DNA of 63,954 nt, the filler included, from Stramenopiles sp. TOSAG23-6 (taxonomy: Eukaryota), in the NCBI GenBank assembly GCA_900128565.1. It is 4 parts of 4 records of this genome, joined end to end, with 100 filler letters (N's around TTAATTAATTAA, not from the genome) between each part and the next. Parts side by side here need not be neighbours in the genome. Positions count along the whole stretch, not along the records: positions 1 to 16,958 come from LT636085.1; positions 17,059 to 33,824 come from LT636086.1; 2 more parts are not named here. One strand, written 5' to 3'. This document shows positions 11,096 to 22,800 of this stretch, piece by piece. Numbering within the stretch: the stretch's first letter is position 1; the number at the start of each line of letters is the position of its first letter. Both the position numbers and the translations under genes were made by a program. The notes beneath the pieces were generated by a model. The model did no database searches and was not told where the DNA came from. It saw nothing but the letters and a program-made list of their open reading frames with translations.

Positions 11096-14000
11096 TCATA
11101 CCTCAAACCCATTCCTTTCAGATATTTTTTGTCTTTTGGGGGTCTTTTTAGGTTGAATTTGATCTGAAAAATTTGGCTTAAATCCAATACGTTTTAAATT
11201 TTCCCACCAATTTATTCGAGCATACCATAAAGTACATTTCCTCTGTAATTCTGGAGAACGCTCTTTATATGGAATACTACCTTGAGCATCACCAAGTAGC
11301 ACAGGGAATAATTTTGATTTTTCATATTTTGGCTCATTGACAATATTGACGCCGATAATTGCTTCTGCNTGATCTAATAATTCCCACTCCTCTGAGCTTG
11401 GAAATCCTGTCGCACCTTTAGCAAGACGTTGAATATTTACTGGTNTCCCATGTCGCAAAGCCGTTACGTATTGTGAAAAACAATGTCAAATTCGAAATTC
11501 GTTACGAATGAAATTTGGTAAAAAAAAATACAATTTAAATAACTAAGCACAACGTACAATATATGACCAACTACAGTATTCGTTTTAATCATACTTTTCA
11601 TTGCAATACTTTCAACATGTTCTCCAGATTGAAATGCTAAATAACTCACTTCCCAATTATGAAGATTTCCATTTTTTTTTCGCTTATATATCGCATGTTT
11701 CCATGGTTTTTTCGGTACGAGTTCAATGGGAAGTTTTAAAGTTCTCGATCTTTTTTTTGTTACCCATCCATTATTTGAATTTTCCTGTCCCATTCCTAAA
11801 CCAAATTCTTTCAACATACTTTGTAATAATTGAGCTAATTTTTCAACACCTGTAATGCGCACACCCATGGTACGTAATGCATCCACTGATGTAGGTTGAC
11901 AGTAAGCTATTTGCTTCACCACATGATCCGGAATGACCGACACAGGAGCCATATGTAATTCAATCGCTCGTTCATTACGCCAATTGTACACTCTCTGGAT
12001 AAACTCTTTCAGATCTTTAACATATTTTGCAGCATTCATATCTCCCTCCATAGCCTTTTTTTCATATAACTGAATTTTTCGAAACCATTTTTTATGTGAA
12101 TTTGTTACAGGGCCCTCAAAACCAGCATCTTGTTCACTCTTTGGTATTTCATTTATATCTACACCTGCATTTTTTAATTCATTTTGAAGCTTTTNGATTT
12201 TTTCTGCTGCTGCCGCCTCATAGACGCGAATACTTTGTGGAACGGGCAACATGCATTGTGAGAAAATATTTTTTTTTTGGTTAAAACAAATTATATGAAA
12301 AAAATCGAAATTGAAAAAAAAAAAATTAATTTTAAATTGAAATGAATGATGAAAACAAACATAATCGATTCATTAGTTTTGATATATTTTTGACCTTTAC
12401 TTGTTAGAGAATACACATCATATGTGTTTGTATATGTAGTACCATAAATTTGTTTTGAAATTGTCTTTCTTTGTATATATTTTCCATTAAGTAACTCTGG
12501 GAGCAAACAAATTAGAAATTCAACCGATGAATGTTTCGATGGTAAATTCGATCTTTTTGTATCATTTTTGATACACTGTTTCAATCTTGTCTTTGGTAGA
12601 CTAGTGTTTTGAAGATTTTTCAAAACAATTCTTGATTCATCACCAAAGTTACGACAAAGATCATCTGCATGTATTTTGGAAAAATATTTCAAATCAAAAA
12701 AAAATTGTTAGGTACAAAATTTCGTACGAAACAAAAATTCATTTTTAAAAAAAAAAAAAAAAACATACATATTTCTCCTGGAATATACAATTATCACAAG
12801 TACCACACCTATTACCAAATGTAGGATTTTCTCCAAAATAATGCAATAAAAATCGACGTCGGCATCCTTTTGAATCACTTGTAAATGTACGTAAAGCATT
12901 TGTGCTTTTTGCTATTATTTTTTGAACGGCGACAGACTTCCCTCGGGTATAAAAGTCATTACTATACTTAGTAAAATCTGAATCTTTATATAATAAAAGA
13001 CATTCTGCAGTGAAACCATCTCGACCAGCACGACCGATTTGTTGGAAATATGCTTCAACTGTTTGTGGTGGTCCATGTATTGTGAAAAATATTTTACATT
13101 GAAATGTTTTATTAGGTACAAAAGTTCGTATGAAAAAAAAAAATATATATATATATATATATTCAAGTGTTTAAAACTAAAACGTCCATAATGATAAATT
13201 CTACGAATATCAGGTTTGTCAATACCCATACCAAACGCTAACGTTGCAGTCACTACTTGAACAGCACCTGAAAGAAACTTTTGGTGAGTGTCTTCTCGAG
13301 CATTTTTACTCATCTTACCGTGATACGACATACATTTAAACCCTAACCCTAACCTTGAAAAAGCTTTCGATAAACAAGACTGAATTTCATCCACTTCAGC
13401 TGTTGTGGGTGCATAAATGATGGTCGATCCAATTGCCATTTTATTAGAAGAAAGAATCGTATCTAGAAGAATCTGAAGATCAGAGTGAAGGCCATTTTTG
13501 CCTTTTTGTTTGACTGATATTTTTAAGTTAGAACGATCAAATGAATTAATACTCACTTTTACACTTTTTGGGTTCATTCCTAAAACCCTAATGATATCAC
13601 GCTGGACATTTGGAACTGCCGTAGCTGTAAGCGCCATCAGAGGGACATTTGGTATTGACTGGCGAAATTTGCCAAGGGCCATAAAATCTTTTCTAAAGTC
13701 ATGCCCCCATTCGCTCACACAATGAGCTTCATCAACTGCCAATAGTCCCAATTTACCACGTTGAGACAGCATTTGCAGACGAGAAAGAACGTTCCCCGAC
13801 AGCAGCTTCTCTGGAGTCAAGAAAACGACCTTGAAGACACCAGACAAAGCACGTTCGACAGTATAATCATGTTGTGCAGATCCAAGAAAACAAGCCAATG
13901 GTTCTTTTAAAACAGACCCAATGGTATTATTCATATTAATTACTTGATCCTGCATGAGACTGATGAGAGGGGAAACTACTATAGATATCATACCAGACTG

Positions 14001-14309
14001 CAGCGCTGGGAGTTGATAACATATACTTTTACCAGAACCTGTTGCCCAATACACTGCAGTATCACCACCTTTCAATACATTTTGAATGACACTAAGCTGT
14101 TGTCCTCTAAAAGTTTCGTATCCCCAATATTTCTTCAAAGTTAAAGTTAAAGCTTCCTCACTGCTGTCAGTCTTACCATAGTGGCTGGAATTCGAATGAG
14201 CAAAACCTGAGTTTCCTTGTTTGTGTTGAGCTACAACTGATTCCACATCCAAGTTAGCTAACTCACCATCTGAAAAGAAGTCATCACCTAAATCAGAAAA
14301 GTCAGACAT
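11096..14309 (-). CDS. RecQ/WRN-like DNA helicase, 5 exons
   Basis: ATGSGKS, VDEAHCVSEWGHDFR, ALTATA, AFGMGIDKPDIR, HYGPPQTVEAYFQQIGRAGRDG after splicing, Zn-binding, RQC and HRDC-like regions; introns 13075-13187, 12669-12768, 12251-12360, 11466-11557. Confidence 0.93.
11466..11557 (-). other. Family-A intron (GT...GT, 92 nt)
   Basis: GTACGTT...TGACATTGTTTTTCACAATACGT; restores GHILTALRHG. Confidence 0.7.
12251..12360 (-). other. Family-A intron (GT...AT, 110 nt)
   Basis: GTTTGTTTT...CACAATGCAT; restores ESIMLPVP. Confidence 0.75.
12669..12768 (-). other. Family-A intron (GT...AT, 100 nt)
   Basis: GTATG...GTACCTAAC...CCAAAATACAT; restores CDNCIFQEKYADD; the next CAG is out of frame. Confidence 0.8.
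13075..13187 (-). other. Family-A intron (GG...AT, 113 nt; can slide to GT...AC)
   Basis: Length fixed by the conserved RecQ motif HYGPP; ATGGAC direct repeat at the ends. Confidence 0.85.
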
Positions 14310-14690
14310 TATAATTATTTTTTGTGAGACATTTTTTGCTGTTCTGTTTTTTTTTGAGTTTTTGACCGAAAAATCTCGAAAAATCTTGTTGACCACCATC
14401 AAAATTTTCGTTCCAGGCACGTTCCAGCCGCGAATATTTTGCGATATTTTGCAATTTAATTATTTTTGGTGCATCTTTGGCACAAACTTTTGAAGAAAAA
14501 TAAAAAATCAAATCGATCAAATTATTTGATAATTAATATTTTAGTATTTTACTAAGAACTAAATCAATTTATAAGTGATAATCATATTAGTAATTAAAAT
14601 TTAAATCTTAAATATTTGTGTACAATAATTATATCATCATGAGTGATAGAGTGATAAGTTAATTGGTTCAATGCCAGGTAGGTTCAATGT

Positions 14691-15917
14691 TTATGCATCT
14701 GATAAACCATTTTCATTTATGTTCATAGAACCTTCAAGAGCTTTAGATAGATCATTTTCGACGTCATTATCAATTGACAAGTGATGCATCATGTGTTGCA
14801 TCTGTGCCTCTGGGTCATTTATTGTTGATTTTTCGCCAGCATCATTCTCCACAACATCTGAAAAGGAAAAATGCCTTCTTGCTCCACCTGCGGCTGCGGC
14901 TGCTACGGGTGCGCTCTCACTTCTTCCTCTTGGTAGACTTGGAGGGGAGGGGCGGTTGACAATGGCACCAGCTCCAGCCCTGGCATTAGCAGCAGCACCA
15001 CCACCATTAGCAGCAGCACCACCACAATTAGCAGCAGCACCATCACAATTAGCATTAATTGGTGTTTTTGGTGGCGCAGTTGGTGTTGGTTTTACTTCAG
15101 GCAGTGACTGTTCTGGTAGTTCAGGTAGTGGAACTTGTAGCTTACGGAGCGATGGATACGGAGACAAAGCGCCATTCGGGGCACTTCTACTTCTTCCTCT
15201 TGGTAGACTTGGAGGGGAGGGGCGATTTCTGTTGGCAACAGTTCCAGCGGTGGGAACTTGTAGCATACGGAGTCCAAGCATGGTGTTCAAGGGCATGCTG
15301 GCACTTCTTCCTCTGTTCAAATTTCGTGGGGCACCCATAGGTATGCGACCAACTACATCATCTGATGGCAGTTGTATACTCAACAAAGCGCCATTCGGGG
15401 CACTTCTACTTCTTCGACTTGGAGGACGTCGAAGTGGTGCGCGATCATCATCCGATGATACTTGAAGCTGTGCAAAACTAGCCGCTGTGAGAACTTCTGC
15501 ATTTTCATTATCGTTCAATCTAGCGCTAGGTCTAGGTGCACCTAAGCTGGGCCGTCGTTGAGGGGAACTGTCAGAAGGAACAGTAATTCTCCAATTCAAA
15601 AGATCTTCTGGTGCACTGTGACGGCGCCTTGGAGGGCTTGGAGGTACACTGGGTGTCAAGAGAAACTGAGGTGATTCGTTATTGTTGGCTTCAATGCTTG
15701 GGAAAGCTGACGCTGTTTCTGCCAAATCAAAAGATCGTCGTCGTTTATGAGGACTCAAGAGACGACTATTTTCTGGGTTGCGGTTGCCGTCACTTAAATC
15801 ACTTAAATCAAATCCATTAGCACGAGAACGACGAGAACGAACTCGTTTTGCTGCATTGATGCATATAATAAAACATAATGTAAACAAAAATGTCGCTTTT
15901 GATTGATATGTTAACAT
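14691..15917 (-). CDS. Signal-peptide protein, Pro/Ser/Arg-rich with repeated RSxSxP motifs
   Basis: 408 aa ORF; hydrophobic N-terminus; internal repeats NRPSPPSLPRGRSxSAP and RSRSAPNGAL. Confidence 0.7.
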   Translation of the reverse strand: MLTYQSKATFLFTLCFIICINAAKRVRSRRSRANGFDLSDLSDGNRNPENSRLLSPHKRRRSFDLAETASAFPSIEANNNESPQFLLTPSVPPSPPRRRHSAPEDLLNWRITVPSDSSPQRRPSLGAPRPSARLNDNENAEVLTAASFAQLQVSSDDDRAPLRRPPSRRSRSAPNGALLSIQLPSDDVVGRIPMGAPRNLNRGRSASMPLNTMLGLRMLQVPTAGTVANRNRPSPPSLPRGRSRSAPNGALSPYPSLRKLQVPLPELPEQSLPEVKPTPTAPPKTPINANCDGAAANCGGAAANGGGAAANARAGAGAIVNRPSPPSLPRGRSESAPVAAAAAGGARRHFSFSDVVENDAGEKSTINDPEAQMQHMMHHLSIDNDVENDLSKALEGSMNINENGLSDA

Positions 15918-16107
15918 TTTGCTGGAGATTTAAATATATAATACGATTGAAAAAATTGTCGGAAATTTTACCGGCTTTTATTGTCAGCTGACCAATATTT
16001 TAAGTATCAAATTTCGTACCAAATCAAAGGCTAGTTCCTACGATGACGTACTCCATTTCTAAAAAAAAAGTCAAATTTTCGCCCGAATTTCGAATTTATT
16101 TTTAAAA

Positions 16108-16892
16108 TTAACACATTGTTTCACCAACAGCTGGAGACAATGATAAGGCTGCAATACCTTGATGAAACCGAGCAAGCATTGATGTCGTAAACATTAATTG
16201 TCCACCAGGTAGAAACTGCCTAAGTAAAACTTCGATTTCCTCAGGTCTTCTAGCAACTAGTGACGGACAATCAGCGAGGTCAGAGTCTCCTTCTGGATCT
16301 GTCAAGTGAAATGCTAAAATTTGTTCAAACATTTGTAGGAAATGGCAAACAAGGGTTAAATTATCAAATTCATCGCAAATAATTGAATATCCACACTTTC
16401 CAACTTTTCGCCACACAATATACATTGGTTCGGAGAACCATTCACTGATGGAAGTGTTGTGAAAAATATTTTTTTTTATAAAAAAAATCGTTAGATACAA
16501 AATTTTCTATAAAAAAAAATTAGTTAAAAAAATCATGATGAAAACATACGTTGTCGAATTACACCACTCATAATACTAACAGGGAAAGTGGGTTTTAGAG
16601 ATGTTTTTTTTTCAAACGCTTTTGTGTCAAATGAAGTGTTGTATCTAGATTTAGGCATACCCCAATACCAATGAGCATTCTTCAATGAACTTTCTGGTAA
16701 GTTGTACTTTTGATCTAAATTTTCCAAGCCTTCCATAAATGGTTCAAGGATTTCGTTGTGCTTTTGAAAACCATTTGAGTTATTTTTGTTTTTCGAGTTT
16801 TGATTCCCAGGGATATGAATGCTTGGAGGCTTATGATTTTCTCTTTCACTAGCAAGAGTTGCTAAGGCAAGGTTACAGTTCCTCTCAAAGGC
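16108..16892 (-). CDS. AP5S1: AP-5 complex sigma subunit-like, 5'-partial (exons 16550-16892, 16108-16451)
   Basis: FSEPMYIVW...DNLTL...PEEIEVLLRQFLPGGQLMF resembles the AP5S1 C-terminal FLPxGQLLF region. Confidence 0.75.
16452..16549 (-). other. Family-A intron (GT...TT, 98 nt)
   Basis: GTATGTTTT...GTATCTAAC...CACAACACTT; restores GVIRQPISEWF. Confidence 0.75.
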
Positions 16893-16958
16893 ATGTACAA
16901 TGAAAAAATATTTCAAAATTTTTTTTGTTAGGTACAAATTTTTTTTTTTTTTTTTTGA
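16893..16958 (-). other. Family-A intron, 3' part at contig end
   Basis: GTACCTAAC...TGAAATATTTTTTCATTGTACAT. Confidence 0.65.
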
Positions 16959-17058
16959 NNNNNNNNNNNNNNNNNNNNNNNNNNNNNNNNNNNNNNNNNN
17001 NNTTAATTAATTAANNNNNNNNNNNNNNNNNNNNNNNNNNNNNNNNNNNNNNNNNNNN
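16959..17058. other. Artificial contig linker
   Basis: N-run, TTAATTAATTAA, N-run. Confidence 0.99.
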
Positions 17059-17117
17059 TTTCGTACGAAATTTTGTACCTAACGATTTTTTTTTTGAAAT
17101 ATTTTTCCAAAATGCAT
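17059..17117 (+). other. Family-A intron, 3' part at contig start
   Basis: TCGTACGAAATTTTGTACCTAAC...CCAAAATGCAT; a CAG at 17121 is a possible alternative acceptor. Confidence 0.65.
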
Positions 17118-18338
17118 ACAGTTCGAGCGTTTGCTGCAGAAGAACGAGAAGCTGAGAGATATGAAAATTCAACCGGAACACCAGACAATTCATATTTCTG
17201 GCTATGGGAGAATGATAAAAAGGGGGAAAGTAAAACCTATATAAAAAATACTTCAAAAATTGATCTGGGTGAACAAACAACTTATTTTTTAGGTTCAAGA
17301 AGAAGTATAGCCACTGCCACATTTACAACTTTAATATTTGGAGTTGGATTTGGAAGTATGTATTGTTCATTATGGTATGGCTTTGACCTTGTTATTAATA
17401 ATGAGTTGACATTTGGAGATTTGATGGCATTTCAGTCATATATCATTCAAATTGGTGTTGGCATTGGAACGCTTTCCAGAAATATAACAAATTTTATTTC
17501 TTCTATGGGTGCTAGTAGGAGAATATTTGAATTATTAGAACGAGAGCCATTGATTCCTCATCTATCGAAAGGCAGATCTGTAATATCACCTTCACGTTGT
17601 ACTGGTGAGGTAGAATTTAAAGAAGTTTCATTTAGCTATCCATCAAGAACTGATATTATTGTTTTAAAATCGTTTAACTTAAAAGTTCCAGCAAATTCTA
17701 CAGCTGCTATTGTAGGCGCATCAGGATCAGGAAAATCTACAATTGTATCATTATTACAACGTTTTTATGATGTAGATAGCGGGAGTATTAGTATTGATGG
17801 GGTTGATATACGTGACCTCGATCCACTGTGGCTAAGAAATGCATGTGGATTTGTACAACAGGAACCAAACTTATTTGGTTTAACTATTGGCGAAAATATT
17901 AACTATGGTCTAGATCGAAATGTCACGGATGAAGAGCTCAAAGAAGTAGCTATTCAGGCAAATGCATATGACTTTATCCTGAGTTTTCCAGAAGGGTTTA
18001 ATACACTAGTTGGTGAGAGAGGTATTCAACTATCCGGGGGGCAAAAACAACGTATCGCAATTGCCAGAGCTTTATTAGTAAATCCAAAAATTCTATTACT
18101 AGATGAGGCAACAAGTGCATTAGATTCGGCGTCTGAATATTTAGTTCAACAAGCAATTGATAGAGTAATGATTGGCCGAACAACATTCATTGTGGCACAT
18201 AGACTTAGTACAATTCGAAATGCTCAACAAATTATTGTATTAGATAATCAACGAATAGTTAACGTTGGTACACATTTAGAACTAATGTCTAAATGTAAAG
18301 TATATAAAACACTTGTTGAAAATCAAGTTGTTACATAA
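17118..18338 (+). CDS. ABCB-family ABC transporter, 3' part
   Basis: TVRAF, Walker A GASGSGKS, LSGGQKQRIAIARAL, LLLDEATSALD, AHRLST. Confidence 0.95.
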   Translation, partial: TVRAFAAEEREAERYENSTGTPDNSYFWLWENDKKGESKTYIKNTSKIDLGEQTTYFLGSRRSIATATFTTLIFGVGFGSMYCSLWYGFDLVINNELTFGDLMAFQSYIIQIGVGIGTLSRNITNFISSMGASRRIFELLEREPLIPHLSKGRSVISPSRCTGEVEFKEVSFSYPSRTDIIVLKSFNLKVPANSTAAIVGASGSGKSTIVSLLQRFYDVDSGSISIDGVDIRDLDPLWLRNACGFVQQEPNLFGLTIGENINYGLDRNVTDEELKEVAIQANAYDFILSFPEGFNTLVGERGIQLSGGQKQRIAIARALLVNPKILLLDEATSALDSASEYLVQQAIDRVMIGRTTFIVAHRLSTIRNAQQIIVLDNQRIVNVGTHLELMSKCKVYKTLVENQVVT

Positions 18339-18488
18339 TAAATAATGTATCATTTTCTTTATTTATTATTATTATTTTTTTTTGTGCGTGTGTTTTATAT
18401 AGGGTTAGTGTTCGAATTGGAAAAACAAGAAAAGTTAAACCAAGTAGAAAATATATAGTATAAAATAACATTGTTTCTCAATACCACA

Positions 18489-19511
18489 TTAAGTACTGTT
18501 TTCTTCAAATATAAAAGTTCTGGCAAGGGCGCCATGTAAAGAAAAAAGTTCCTGCAACAATTTATTCTTTAGATTCTTCGGCTTTAATTCTGTAAATCCA
18601 ACAAGTATATATCGTGTCCCTTTCTCAACATTTTCTCCACTATGCCACACTTTACTTTGGTGCATTAGAATAGAACCTCGTTTGAGGCGTACAAGTGAAT
18701 CCGAGCGAATGAATCGAGTACCACCACCAGTGAAATCTCCTTCAATAAATGAGTTGAGAGCTATATTAAAGGAAACATGATGACCGTCAACGTGAGGTGC
18801 TAAATATGATTGTCGTTTTGGATTATATCTTACAATAAATGCATCTTTCAGTACTACATTACAATCATCTTCACCGAATACACAAAATCTTTTCACAATT
18901 AGTGGAAATACTTTATCACGTAGTATTGGATTTACAATTTTTGAGACATCAGGAACGTCCTTCATAGGGATATCTTCAGTAGGATGATATCTATGACGTG
19001 TTGTAGTCCATCCAGTAGAATTTGTTGCTGAAAGTGTAGCATCAATAATATCACGGCATACACTATCGCTAAATATAGATTCATTGCTTATTATATATGT
19101 AATTCTGTTATGCGGTACAAGCATAGATATAACTAGAACGAAGAGGAAGCACCACCCAATGATGTTCCAAAGTGGATTACTTTTCTTCTCTTTATTATTG
19201 AGTTTCCAATGTAAAAGACTAATTGTGACTACACACGTGAAAAATACAATAACCACAGGTCTATTCGATGCATACTTGCCAACAGTAGATGTCAGCTCAT
19301 AAATTTCTTCCGTTACTAGCTTGTACAGAAGTGGTGCATTGGTAAAAGAAGGGGCATCGGCAGATAAAAGAACCTTCAAGGTCGATGACAGCCCAACAAC
19401 TAAAATCCAGTATAACCACGAAATTGGTTGGATAGACTTATTTGGCGACTGTAATGCTAAGTTTGGTGCGGGTAATTTTATATTGTGCATGGTGCTCTTT
19501 CTTCGTGGCAT
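18489..19511 (-). CDS. Membrane-anchored 2OG-Fe(II) dioxygenase (prolyl/lysyl hydroxylase-like)
   Basis: HVD...FTGGGTRF...HSG...GTRYILVGF; three N-terminal hydrophobic segments. Confidence 0.85.
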   Translation of the reverse strand: MPRRKSTMHNIKLPAPNLALQSPNKSIQPISWLYWILVVGLSSTLKVLLSADAPSFTNAPLLYKLVTEEIYELTSTVGKYASNRPVVIVFFTCVVTISLLHWKLNNKEKKSNPLWNIIGWCFLFVLVISMLVPHNRITYIISNESIFSDSVCRDIIDATLSATNSTGWTTTRHRYHPTEDIPMKDVPDVSKIVNPILRDKVFPLIVKRFCVFGEDDCNVVLKDAFIVRYNPKRQSYLAPHVDGHHVSFNIALNSFIEGDFTGGGTRFIRSDSLVRLKRGSILMHQSKVWHSGENVEKGTRYILVGFTELKPKNLKNKLLQELFSLHGALARTFIFEENST

Positions 19512-19841
19512 TTCAAAACTTTATTCAAATTTTTTTGATTAATTAATTTTGAGTTCAACAGCATGTTTTTGATTGATGTTTGTTTTGACTCTAGCTGAAC
19601 AAGAGTTTTTTGAAAGAAAAAAATGGAACAAACCTGAGATTGTTGATTGAATTTCAAATTATTATTTTCAAAATGTTTCAAAATCGAAACATAACAGTGA
19701 GATAATATATCCGCTTGGTTTCCCTTTACCCACCCATAGAAGCAGCAATAGGGTGGCGCTACTTGCTTTATCAGAGAATATTGTGTATAGGTTACATTAC
19801 ATCGGGAAACCCACTGGGTAACAATAAAAGGGTAAAAAGAA

Positions 19842-22800
19842 ATGGTACAGATACTATCAGCTGGATTGATATTCGTTCTATCTACCGTACTTTGTGTGAC
19901 CGTGCGTTCGAGTGACAATATAGATGTCGATGATGATGTCGATCTTACGGGCTTGGGTGGTGTCGGCAAAGCCAATTTGATGATAAATAGATCTTCCATT
20001 CATTCGGTTGCTGGAGCTGCTGGAGATGAAGACAAAGGCGAAGGTACGGAAACAACAGAAGCAAACGATAGACTATTGATATCTACTGAAGAATTGAATC
20101 ATCTTACACATTTTCTTACTATCCCAGATGTTGATTTTCAGAATAAATTAAAACATGATATTCAAACGTTCAAGGATCATAGTGAACAAAGAAAATCGTT
20201 TCTAGGAAAAGAGCTGGAAACACAAAAACAAACAACTAAAAAATTTGGGGACCTTGTCAAAAGAATTGATAAACAGATTCAAGATGCTACAAGTCATACT
20301 CAATCTTATGGTGATGATACAGAAATGCAAGAAAACGTGGAAAATGATGATGCCGAGGGAAATGTTGAAACTGCTGAAATTGCTGCAGGTGATGAAGAAG
20401 AACAGGGTGTAGATTCGCCGGGAGTTGGGGGAGTTGGAGAAGAAGAAGAAATAGACCCAGACCTCGGGGGAGAAGAAGAAGTGGAAGATGATGCCGAGGG
20501 AAATGTTGAAACTGCTGCAGACCTCGGAGGAGAAGAAGAAGAAGAAGTGGAAGAAGTGGAAATTGAAGAACATGATGCAGCTGCTGAAGACAAAGACGAA
20601 CGTGCCAGCGAATTTGAAGCTGCTGCAGCTGCTGAAGAAGGACACGACGATGTTATCGAAACACCGGAAGCTGGTGGAGAAGTAGAAGCATTTACAGAAG
20701 TATACAATAAAGATGATTATCCTCTTCTGGCTGACCATCAAGCATTAGCGGTTAAATTAAATATAAACACTGAAGAAAATGGGGAATTTATTCCATTTAA
20801 TTTTATGGTTTCTAGTGCAGCTGAAGCCGATTCTAAAGGAAAAGGGTGGATAACAAAGGACTCCCCTAATATGATAAAGGCTATGGGTGGTATAGCCAAT
20901 CTTGAATCTTTTAGTAACGAAGTAGGTCAACCTTTTACTAAAGAGTGGTTAAAACTATGCGAACAATGGGCTCCAGAAAAAGAGTGGTCCAGCAATGTAG
21001 GTGAAGAAGCAAAACTAGATGATATTAAAAAATTTCAATTACACATAAAATCTGAAGAGGAGGACGACGAGAAGGGAGGGGTGGAAGGACTCATCCTAAA
21101 ATTATTTGAAGAAGAAGGTCCTCCTGAAGAGGAAGGTGCGGTAGATATGAAAATCCATGGTAATCTATGGAGGCTTTATCATAACGCTAAAAAACAATTT
21201 GAAGATTTACTTCCTCAAGAGTACCAAGATTTAAAAAAACTTATAATACCTCTCGAAGATTGGAAAAACAAGTTAACAAATTCCCCTGGAAAACTGGTGA
21301 AAGACGGGGTTTTTAAGAGAGGAATAAAAGGCGATAAAGTTCGACAAGCAAGTATTTTAGTAGGACAACCGACCGGTGGATGGAAATTTTCCAAGGGGGG
21401 TGATGTGTACACGAACCTAGATGACATGAAAAAACAATACACTAAGGCACTAGATGATAATGATAGCAAATTAATGGTAATAAACGAAAACTTTTCTGAC
21501 ATTGATAGTGCACCAGAAGGCTATACCTTTACAAAAATTACTAAGGAATGCGGAGTTTTACATAAAAATGAAATAATAGTTGAGAGATGGTTTCCAAAAG
21601 AAATAAAGCAAAATCCTTCGCAAGAAGAATATGATGAGCAAGTTAAAAAAGTAAAAGAAGAAATTGATATAAAGGGAGATGTTGATTTTATTAAGGTTTC
21701 ATTTTCAACCATAATTGGTGATAAAAGAGTTTTTATTATAGCCAATTGGCATGGCACTAGCAAAAATGCAACTCCCAAAGAACTTGTACGTTTTCAAAAT
21801 CGAATTTCGATTTTGTTTTCGTACCAAATTTTGTACCTAACGAATTTCGAATTTAAAATATTTTTTCACAGAACTTGAGAACTTAATTAATTATTGCAAA
21901 AAATATAACGAACACGCTCTCACCGAAGATGGCATTCTGCTAAAGATAGTTGCTATAAGCGGAGATTCTAATATCACAAAAAGTAAATCCCAAACATCAA
22001 CAAGGGAAGCTTTGGAAAATATTTTGCCCAAAGACGAATTTGAACGTCTCAAAGAGGGTAAAAATTATAGCAATAAAAAAATCGTAAAATATAGATGGGT
22101 AATGAATTGCGAGAAAGATGTATTATTAAATAATCAAATTACAAAGGCTGGTCCGAATCCCAAACTTCAAGGCAGTTGCAAGTCAGAAGCAGAGGAAGAT
22201 GGAATGTTTATTGTAAATTTAATTAAGGGGGAGGCGGACAACAACATATCTAATGAAAGTGCTTCAGAAGCTAAAGGCAATGGTGGGCAGAAAAATTGGT
22301 GGGATGATCCTGAATGGAAGAATGATGATGCATATGACCAACAACAAAGAGGAGGAACACCACCACCACCACCAACAACAACAACACAACGAATACAACA
22401 TGATAAATGGAATGATTATGAGGATTTTAGGTTCAAGACGGCATTGCATCAACTCCATCGTAATCTTAAGGGAAATGATGATCATGATAATGATGATACT
22501 GTTGAGTTACACAAAAGTTCGGATCAAATGAAAAATGCAAATCTTTTAATTCATCTTGTGACAAGTAAGATGCAAGTTGAAAAATTAAAAATCGAATCTG
22601 AAAGACAGGAAGAAATAAAAAAATTGAAATTGGAAATATTCAAAGATAATGAGAAACATAGATTATCCGATCTCGAAGCAGCCCATGAAATGTTAAGAAA
22701 TACACGAATAGCCTTAGCTGCTCAACAAAACAAAATAGATTCTGTAGATCATCAGATGGAAGAAATCTTATCTAAAATGAAGAATCAAAGTTCAAATGGA

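Noticed and set aside
6680-13187. Family-A introns as standard U12-type AT-AC introns
   Set aside because: No ATATCCTT donor or TCCTTAAC branch, and several copies do not fit AT...AC; a U2-type AT-AC register remains possible.
13339-13356. Telomere-like (CCCTAA)n snippets, also ~8142, ~24418, ~51926
   Set aside because: Only 2-3 units, some inside coding sequence; not telomeres.
14791-15465. 224-aa plus-strand ORF and other antisense ORFs overlapping long genes
   Set aside because: Shadow frames of the real CDS with no recognisable motifs.
16959-17058. TTAATTAATTAA within N-runs (also 33825-33924, 50687-50786)
   Set aside because: Artificial all-frame-stop linkers; adjacency across them is meaningless, so the mitochondrial block is not evidence of a nuclear insertion.
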